DNA of 59,418 nucleotides, the filler included, from Sphacelaria rigidula (taxonomy: Eukaryota): NCBI GenBank assembly GCA_964200075.2. It is 8 parts of 8 records of this genome, joined end to end, with 100 filler letters (N's around TTAATTAATTAA, not from the genome) between each part and the next. Parts side by side here need not be neighbours in the genome. Positions count along the whole stretch, not along the records: positions 44,641 to 51,979 come from CAXNAA020015365.1; positions 52,080 to 59,418 come from CAXNAA020015366.1; 6 more parts are not named here. One strand, given 5' to 3'. Positions 51,345 through 59,418 of the stretch are shown here, in pieces (position 1 is the first letter of the stretch; each line of letters opens with the position of its first letter). Made by a program: the position numbers and the translations under genes. The notes beneath the pieces were generated by a model. The model saw only the letters and a program-made list of their open reading frames with translations, did no database searches and was not told the DNA's origin.

Positions 51345-51413
51345 TACGCATCGGGAATCGAACCCTCGTACTCTCTACCCTGATGGGGACAGTCAGACCA
51401 TTTCATCGCCGGG
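51345..51413 (-). mobile_element. tRNA-like SINE head
   Basis: Minus strand CCCCGGCGATGAAATGG...GAGGGTTCGATTCCCG (A/B-box-like); no valid cloverleaf. Confidence 0.4.
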
Positions 51414-51979
51414 GAGCGGCACTCAGGCACGCTGTGATGCTGTTGATATCAAGGGAACGAAAAATGCATATAGATTCCATACTCAAATCAAGACGATTTC
51501 ACCCTTGGTGATCTGAGCCACTATTGAGCCGTTGTTGACAACATGTCGGCGCCAACCAAAGTTCTTATCGATCGGTACCGGGGCATGCTGTTCCGAAGGA
51601 AACATTTACGATTTTGGTCGCTACAGTGGACTCTGTCGATCATCACCCTCTGCCGGTGTGACCGATGCAATTGCTTCAGAACCAGACGCAACAGCTAACC
51701 CAACAGTACTGAGTAAAACAACACCTTCATGCGGTGACATGAAAGCACCAGGTCCGGGGGAGTTGAAAACATGCTTTGTATGATGGCAAAGGGTGTTTGG
51801 ATATTTATGCTGGAGCATTGTAGTATATTCAAGTCACGAAAATTCCGCATTGGCGTATAGTCGAAGTTGTCCCTTCGAACGCCAGGAAGGCTGAACTAGT
51901 TCTTTCACGTACACATTTTCCCGTCTCGTCTACGTAGTTGAATCGCCCTTGGAAGAGGTCCTCGCCCGCCAGTACCTGC

Positions 51980-52079
51980 NNNNNNNNNNNNNNNNNNNNN
52001 NNNNNNNNNNNNNNNNNNNNNNNTTAATTAATTAANNNNNNNNNNNNNNNNNNNNNNNNNNNNNNNNNNNNNNNNNNNN
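51980..52079. other. Artificial contig linker
   Basis: Same 100-bp spacer. Confidence 0.98.
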
Positions 52080-53794
52080 CTAATGCCCCTCGATCGCGTA
52101 GATACTTTTTCAGCGCAATTCACCGACTCTGTGAGCTTACAGCGCTGACCGAACCGACAAAAACGTCATCGGGCACCATCGCTGAAAGTGTGGGGAAAAC
52201 ACTGTTTTAGGCTTGAACCTCATCTCTGAGTTGAACCTCAATTCGCACAATTTGTTGTTTTTTGTTGTGTTTTCTCTGGTGAACTGTCGTCACTCTCCGC
52301 GTAATGATGATACAGCTCGCGTGTCAGACGTTCAGCTCCTAAAACAGTTTCTCACGGTTGCTTTTTCAGGGGGACGTTTTCATTCCGTTTTGGGGGGATT
52401 TGGCAGGGTTTACCGCCGCCACATGTCTTGGACACTTTACTACCCACGGGCAGGAGTCAAGCCCACGCTTCCGCATTGCTTGACTCCAAGACTTCGAGAG
52501 CAGTCTATTAATGAAGTGCAGCTGACATAGCAGTGCGATGTCTGGAGGTTTACTAACCCCGATCCAGTGTAAACCGGAATGACTATTTTTCGCAGGGTTT
52601 GAGGTTTTTTTAAGAGTCCGAGGAGAAGGCTAGCGCTGCCGACTCCTTGTTGGCGTTGTTCAAGTCTACGTAGAGTCTGAACGGAGGGGGGGGCGTCCTC
52701 AAAAGGATGTAGTTTGAAATCAAGTATACCCAGGTGGAGCATCCTAGGAAAGAAGGCAAATTAGAGGATGAGTAGTCCATGGTCGGAAATGGTGTCGTCG
52801 GACAGCCCCGCACGTTTTGGGACCCGATTAGCGTACCAATCCCATCTGGATTGTACGGTGTCGTTGCCACAAAAAAACAGGCCGTTTTCATGCGTGCATC
52901 CTGGCCGTCGCCTCCGGCTTGGACCAGGCAAAGGCGCAAAGTGATGATGGCCTAGTTGATGGAAAGACGCCGTTCCAGGCCTTCACTTGAAACATCGATA
53001 TCTGGAGCGGCAGGCCGCCTTTAACCGGGTCCATGGACGCAATCACATCATGTCCTTGAATACTGTGTTCGGCTCCGTGCTTTTGAGACAAAAATGAGAA
53101 TGCACGGTGACAGTGAGATATTCTGGCACTTCACATTTTTACTTTATTACCTTTCTAATTGGAGGGTGATGCTCGGCTCTCATCACCCCCAAAATCAAGG
53201 TCACATTAGAGACTTTCGGATTTGTTTTTGTCGTCACAAGGTTTGGGTGGAAGAACTGTAGAGTAGAAAATTTTGAAAGTTCGGAGTGGACACTGAAACG
53301 TTCATAGCGGAAGCTAATGTGAAGTGGCTTGACGTGGATTGTTTTATCGCAGTGATTGGTCGCTGATTGCCTTGCCAAATGTGCGATCGACCAGTTTCGA
53401 GTTCGTACGTGTATGGGTTAGCACAGCACTTTACGATGACAGTAGCGGGTCCACACAGACAGTACAGTGCGACAGCACCTCCAAACAATAGACAAGGCCG
53501 AATGGCAATGATTTTCAACATGCCACCCATAACGTTGGCCTGGTCCGGCGAAATTCGGCGTGCTTGGTCCCGACTTTGTAGGGGCGGACTCCCTATGGGG
53601 TTGGCGTCAGTCCGCGACGACGCTGTGAACCACGCCACTCACTGCGTAAGCTACGCAATCAGGTTACTGATTTGTTTCGCGCGCTTGCGTTTTTTTGCTG
53701 TAACCATGATGGTGGTCGAGCTCGATCCTATTGTGCGGGGTTGGAGGACCTCAACTCCGCGCAAAGGGGATGATCATACTACGTAGTGTTTAGA

Positions 53795-54056
53795 TGGTGA
53801 GATGCTCATGAGGCAGTGTGTAAATCATGGCTTTCTCTGGAAGTGGCAATACTAGAAAATGAAGCAACTCATCAGAGGCTGTCATCAGTACGCTTCGGGC
53901 CGAACAACCTTAGCAAGGTGCAGGTCATCCTTGATGCGACTCGCCGAACACACCACAGCGCTTCGAACTTGGTGATTGATTGCGAACCTGGTCCGGTGAA
54001 CACGCGGTGTCAATAATATCATGATCATGGTGTGCAAGATCATGAGTACACCCCCT
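53795..54056 (+). mobile_element. Non-LTR 3' fragment, family B, ending in a C-run
   Basis: Colinear with 3612-3909; ends TGCAAGATCATGAGTACACCCCC. Confidence 0.78.
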
Positions 54057-54264
54057 ATAACAGTGGTGCGAGACGTCATGACCTCTGCCGGAATGGCAGT
54101 GCAGCTAGGTGTAGCATTGTGCGCTGTAGACTATAAATGGGTCACACTCTCTTCGTCCGCTAAGGCTGGCGATTGTGAGGAGCTGCACCCAAGGCAACAT
54201 CTTCCCCCTACCGAGCATTTAAGTTTCACGCAACACAACCAAGCGAATGCTGATACCTTGAATA

Positions 54265-54681
54265 CGGGATCTTACAAATTGGAGATGGATCTTTTATTGG
54301 AGATGAGAAACGCGGATAATTATGTTTTTCGTATCCACATCAAATCTTCGAAATATACGTCCATTTCTTCACCTATTGCTAGCTTTTGACAACTGCTACA
54401 CGCCACAGGAATTTGGATATCGATCACCGAATTTTTGGGGTCCTAGGTGAGAAAGCCAATTTCACCGACACCCGGAACTCCCCAAAACTGGTTTTTCACC
54501 CAGGACTCCAACATTTCGATGATCGAAATCCAAACTTATACGGCGTATGGCAGTTGCCAATAGTTATCAGTAGGTGAAGAAATGGAACCATACTTCGAAG
54601 ATTTGGTGTGGATACGAAGATTTTAATCCTCCGGGTTTCTCATCCCCAATGAAAGATCCATCCCCAGTTTGTAAGATCCCG
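54265..54681. mobile_element. Foldback MITE with ~200-bp TIRs
   Basis: TA|CGGGATCTTACAAATTGGAGATGGATC ... GATCCATCCCCAGTTTGTAAGATCCCG|TG; the arms pair almost to the centre. Confidence 0.85.
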
Positions 54682-54730
54682 TGTTCTTTGCAGCGTCACG
54701 GAGGTCTTTTGATGGCGATGTCAAGCGTTG

Positions 54731-55021
54731 CTACTTCGGGAATGGTCCGTTGTGCTGAGCATGACAGTTGTGATGGATGCCCCACTTTTGCTTGTCAGGG
54801 TATATTTTTTGTGAACTGGCTGTGACCATGCGGTGGTCGGGGTGGAAGTGGTTCTTTTTTGTTGCGCTATGAAGTTTAAAGAGGCACATCGGTTTCCAGG
54901 TGGGGTGCTCCAAACTGGACTTTGTCCCACTCCTTTTCCATAGTAGAATGCGTACCTTTTCCAGCATTTCCTCCTTCCACTCTGACTCAAAAATGCGAAC
55001 ATACATTTTCCGGAACTCCAT
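54731..55021 (-). mobile_element. Possible Mutator/MuDR N-terminal zinc-finger relic
   Basis: Frameshifted KCWKRYAFYYGKGV...MCLFKLHSA...IHHNC spacing resembles the MuDR C..C/HxC domain; weak. Confidence 0.25.
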
Positions 55022-55983
55022 ATTACTAGTTCGTCGAACAGTAAAGCTTTCGCATTGATGGTAAAAATGATAACTTGATGACAGAATGAATACCGATATT
55101 GGGATCTTCAGAGGGGCTGATAGTCCTTTATGCTTCTAGCTTGCCCAGAACGTGTTTGTTAAATCGGCGCCACAGGCGCCGATTTGAGGTCTGACAGTGC
55201 ACACTTTGCTCCGAGCGAACTTTGCACCCCCGTCGCCCGAGTTGTCGCATGCCTTGGTCGGGTTAGGGTCACGCTTAGGCCCTGCTTATCGAGACGGAAA
55301 GAAACGAAGGGTAACACAAGCGTCGAAAGGCAACATTTTGATAGGTCAACGCCACGAGAGCGACGGACCTATGATTGCGACGACTGTTGACATGCTGTTT
55401 TTCGATGCTTGGTTTGCTCTTCGCTTCTCTTTTCTGAAGGTGGCCCCTTTGGTTTGGGGTGTGCCTTTGTTCAAAACCAGAAATTCTTAAAGTGCTCTAC
55501 TAACATTTTTACGAACAAAGTGAAGGAACCCCTGCAGTCGAATCACTATTCAAAGAGATGTTTCGTGAATGTACGATTCGAGCGAAGGCTAACAGTAACC
55601 CTGATCCCAACCTGAAGCATGCCGAGAATCCTCGAGCAAACAGGGTGCAAAGGGTGCTTGAGACGAAGGGTGCGCTGGCAAACCTCAAATAGGCCCCTGT
55701 GGTGCCGATGATGACGACAACGCATTCTGCGTACGCTCGGAGCACTTGGGCCTGTCAGCCCCACTGAAAACTCTCTCCCCGTTGTTCACACTCAACTCAA
55801 CTATATATTCCGGAAAGCTGCAACAGAACAATTGAAAATCAGGCTGGTTCTCATCAAAACTTATTACGCTATAAAACTCACTCGTGGAAAGACCGGTGCC
55901 CCCGCAACGACCAGTTCAAGCCGTCTCGATGACATTTTCCAGATGGCCATTCTGCCAGAATGAAGGAACAAGAATATATGGTG

Positions 55984-56340
55984 ACCGGTTACCCCGGCGG
56001 CTCAGTTGTTAACCTCGAAACCTTCTGACGTTTGGGCCGTGGATTCGTATCTTGGAGCGATCTGGGGTTATTTCTCACACCATTTTATAACAGTTTAGAG
56101 CGACTATGCCGTGGGTACACAAACTTCGACGTCACGATCGACGAGAGACAGGGGCTGCTGAATCCGTCTCGCGATCAGAAAGAAGGTAGCGCCGCGGAAG
56201 GTCGGTGGAGTACTAAAACAAATATATATATATATATATATGTGGCCTTCCTCCTATATGACCCCGGCTGATGCACTCCCATACACCGAAAGGTGTAGAC
56301 TGGCGTCCAGAATAGATGGAACGACAACAAGCACATGTGT
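55984..56340 (+). mobile_element. tRNA-derived SINE (same family as 27776-28142)
   Basis: CCGGTTACCCCGGCGGCTCAGTTG...; body ends ACCGAAAGGTGTAGACTGGCGTCCAGA...GCACATGT. Confidence 0.83.
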
Positions 56341-57440
56341 AGATGGCCGCACACAAAACTATTGCACTTTTCAGCCGCGAAAGTTGGCTCACAAGTTGGG
56401 CACTAATTAGGCAGAATGGGCGCCAATCGACGGCACAGTTGATTTATGCACTAAAAGTACCAGAGTGAGTAGTGAGGTTTGGCAATACTGTCGATACCGA
56501 CGGCTTTCTCGCAGGCCAAACTTGGTGCACTAACCCTTAGTGCATATCTCGACACGCTGGTGCACTAGTGTCCACATCATGTGCAACTGGACGACTGCTG
56601 TGCTGGCGAACAACATCGATCTGTGCCGAGATACCCTGTAGATGATCATCATCTACACAAAACTCAGTCACGTATCGCCGGTAGATGTGCTCAGTTCAGG
56701 GGCTACAGCCATATATGCGCAGCCGGCGCTGCTATGCGATGAAACTTGGGGGACATGTCATGTGAAGCACAGTTAGCACGCCAATGTCGCTGAACTTAGG
56801 GCTGAGCGTTGACGCAGCACGAAACGGCGCGGGAGGAATGTTTATGTAATTTCGGAGTACGATGGCCAAATTGGATGCCAGATCTGCACACACGCGTTCA
56901 TAAATGCGGCGGTTCTGGAAGTGGTCAATATATTTACATCTCTGTACTGCTACAGACAAGGCGCAACAAGGCAGTACAACACCAGCACATATACCCCGAA
57001 AGCCCGCGCACAGGCAGCCACCATACTCATGCGTGTGAGTCCCAGCGCTAGCCTTTGCTCGTGTACACACGACAGGCTTAGTCTGATGGAATCCGAAGTG
57101 TATTGGAGGAATGACGACCGCGTGCGTGTCAAATTACAGCCGAAAAATGCACCGTTGCTGACCCTTTGGTGCGTGTGCTGTGCGTGCACCCCACACAAAT
57201 AACCGTTTCTCACCAAATTTTCAACAGATTTGAGCAAGATCACGAACAAAATGCTCAGCTGATGAGCGGCTATGTCCCAAGCTGTGTGTTTTCGGTTTGC
57301 AGGGGCAACGAGTTCCTCTGGTTCACGTTTGATTGTGCTGCGTTGTGTGTCAAGCCTCTGCATGTGCCCCTGCCAACGGGGCATTTATAGTACTCGTCCG
57401 GCTGAACACAAAATCATTATCTTGCCATGTTTTTTTTCAG

Positions 57441-58144
57441 AGCGAAACAAGGCACAGAGGATAGCTAAAAAGCTCAGGGTCAAAGAAAAGAGGGGCACTG
57501 CTGGAGCGAAGAGGGAGGCAAAGTGGACAGCCAAAGTGAGGCTCTTGACGCCTGCTCAGAGGGAAAAGCGTGAAAAGAAGAGGGCCCTCTACCGCGAGAA
57601 TAGGGACGCTATCAGGAACTACAAACATCAGTACAAGTTACAGAAGCCCACATTTATCGGTGGTCGCGGAAAAGAAGGTCCCAGGCGCACTATCAACGCC
57701 AAGAAAATCAATTTGGTCAACGCCAACCTCGACAACCCGGAAACTCTCAGGATGCTTCTCGCACGCTTTGACTACTACATGGAGGAAAAGTATTTCGCGA
57801 CTGGTGGGGCTCGCTACGACCTGGGTGAGGGGTCTAGCGTATCCAAGGGCGATGTTCATGGTTTCGTCCACTCCAACAAGAAGACCAATATGGTTGAGTT
57901 TTTCAGGGTCACCGATGTATTGGGCAAGGGTGCGAGGAGGCGTCACTGGGATATCGAGGAACACCAAGAAAGAAGTGTTTGCGTGTTGTCCAAGTACATT
58001 GGTTGGGCACCGTGGGACGAAACCGCTGATGCTCTCGGTGGTTTCGGCAGTGGTGAAAAGCAGCTCCCCATTTTGAGGGGCACAACCACCAGAAAGTGGA
58101 ACAAGGACTTTGAGATCACCATGGACGGATATTTCGAGGGTTGA
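57441..58144 (+). CDS. Intact ~234-codon terminal exon of an unknown protein (basic N-terminal part, globular C-terminal part)
   Basis: T-tract + CAG acceptor at 57440 and stop-free to TGA 58142-58144; Lys/Arg-rich then globular sequence (SKGDVHGFVHSNKKTNMVEFFRVTDVL...RRRHWDIEEHQERSVCVLSKYIGWAPWDE). Upstream exon candidates 57076-57168 and 57228-~57380 join with a TGA at the junction. Confidence 0.65.
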
Positions 58145-59418
58145 TACGTGCGTTTGTAAGTTAACAAGTGTGATGGAAACTGAGAGAATTGGTAAGCTAT
58201 GTTTTTGTGTAAAGACGTTTTCAAGTTGCCATTCATGTGGAGGAGAATTTGTGTGTATCTTTGAACAAAACAGGCGTCGAATGCGCGCTATCCCGAAGAT
58301 GCGATCGGGTTCGGCGGGGTGTGATGATGGTCAAATTGTAACGTAATGAATTTTCAAAGGAATGTCAATGACATCGTCAAAACAACAAATTTCCTTCGAG
58401 CACTGGTTGTATATACCCTGCTCTCAGCGAGTGTCTAATGTGAATTCAAGTATGCTCTGGAAGTGTATTTTCTATGTATTCTGCAAGTGACAGTTCAGCG
58501 CTTTACGACGTTTATGCTGTAGACTGTCTTGCTTCTTTCGGAGGTAAAAGGAGAAGCTATCATTCGATTGCTCGCGGGCTAGCAGTTGGTATCATGACAG
58601 TATTCTGAAACGAATTTCAGATGATGTACCAAAATAAACAGCTGTAAGCATGGTTGAAAGGTACGGAATAGAGTTATGTAGGTTATCTAGTTGTGTACTT
58701 GTGTGGAAGACATATCTTTGCAGTGGCATATCAGAGACTGATGCCACACATGTATGAAGAACCAACGCATGCAGGTACAAGGTAGAAACGGTCCGAAAGG
58801 ACTAGAGTACCGAGGGCCCTGTAATGCCAACGATACTAGACAACTTAAGGTGATGCCAGGAAAAGCGTGATATCAGGACGGCCCAACATCCCCCGAGGCA
58901 CTGGTCGCCCCAGGCGACCACTCCTCATCTGATCCACTTCTTGCCTACATACACAAGAGGAAATCATCGCCAGCCTCGGAGTTCCTTCGGCATCAGGACA
59001 GCAAATCCCAAGACAGCCTCCTGTTTAGTCTGTCTGCCCTAGCGATACGCCTTCCTCACTTTCGCGACACCAGAAAAAACTCAGGCAAGACAGGGCGTAG
59101 AAGTATGAAAATACTAGAACGAAAACCGACTGCTCCCCGACACCGGAAACACTAGGGTCCTCGAAGGAACGCTACTCAAGGTGAAACGTATGGGTCATAT
59201 GCATAATTATTCGAGTTGAGAAGTTAGTGGAGTAATGTGTTTGAGTCAACGCGAGATTAACCCCCTCAGTGTGCAGTATATGTTACCCGCATGGCTAATG
59301 AAATAGCGACAGGCGACATTAGACTCCTCAGTGTGAATTATATGTCACCTGTAACAGTGTTTTCGTGAGATTGAGAGTAGATGATACGATTGAGAGTGAA
59401 AAGCGGTCAATCAGTGAA

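Noticed and set aside
53234..53638. Integrase C-terminal GPY/F-like motif (GPATVIVKCCANPYTYELE)
   Set aside because: An isolated motif without a recognisable DDE core
54574..54681. Conserved peptide SKIWCxYxDxNxPGF shared with 43430-43510
   Set aside because: Both are arms of a non-coding foldback MITE; the similarity is at DNA level

Overview
This is eukaryotic, repeat-rich DNA. By inference it is from a brown alga (Phaeophyceae): long introns, (CCCTAA)n-containing elements and RTE/SINE/MITE content typical of that group. It is not one locus. It is 8 unrelated, size-sorted contigs (six of 7340 bp, two of 7339 bp) joined by 100-bp N/TTAATTAATTAA linkers, so nothing should be inferred across linkers. 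Recognisable host genes appear only as spliced exons: a PAP2-family phosphatase (minus, ~15.0-17.7 kb), a DHHC palmitoyltransferase (minus, 33.7-35.9 kb), a decaying Cys-rich tandem-domain gene (plus, 7.5-9.8 kb) and an intact orphan ~234-codon exon (57.4-58.1 kb). The rest is transposon debris: RTE-type LINE ends, a Gypsy integrase relic, tRNA-derived SINEs, and hAT, piggyBac and Tc1/mariner-like non-autonomous elements. Four signals are the most unusual. (i) A non-LTR retrotransposon family whose 3' ends terminate in C-runs rather than A-tails; one copy has an exact 12-bp TSD at a C7 target. (ii) A TG...CA, 5-bp-TSD, long-TIR (Ginger-like) MITE carrying telomeric repeats, found five times in one contig. 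(iii) TTAA-flanked piggyBac-type elements carrying non-transposase coding cargo. (iv) The orphan ORF. No CRISPR array, rRNA or bona fide tRNA was found. Coordinates were read by eye, and the boundaries of degenerate repeats are approximate.
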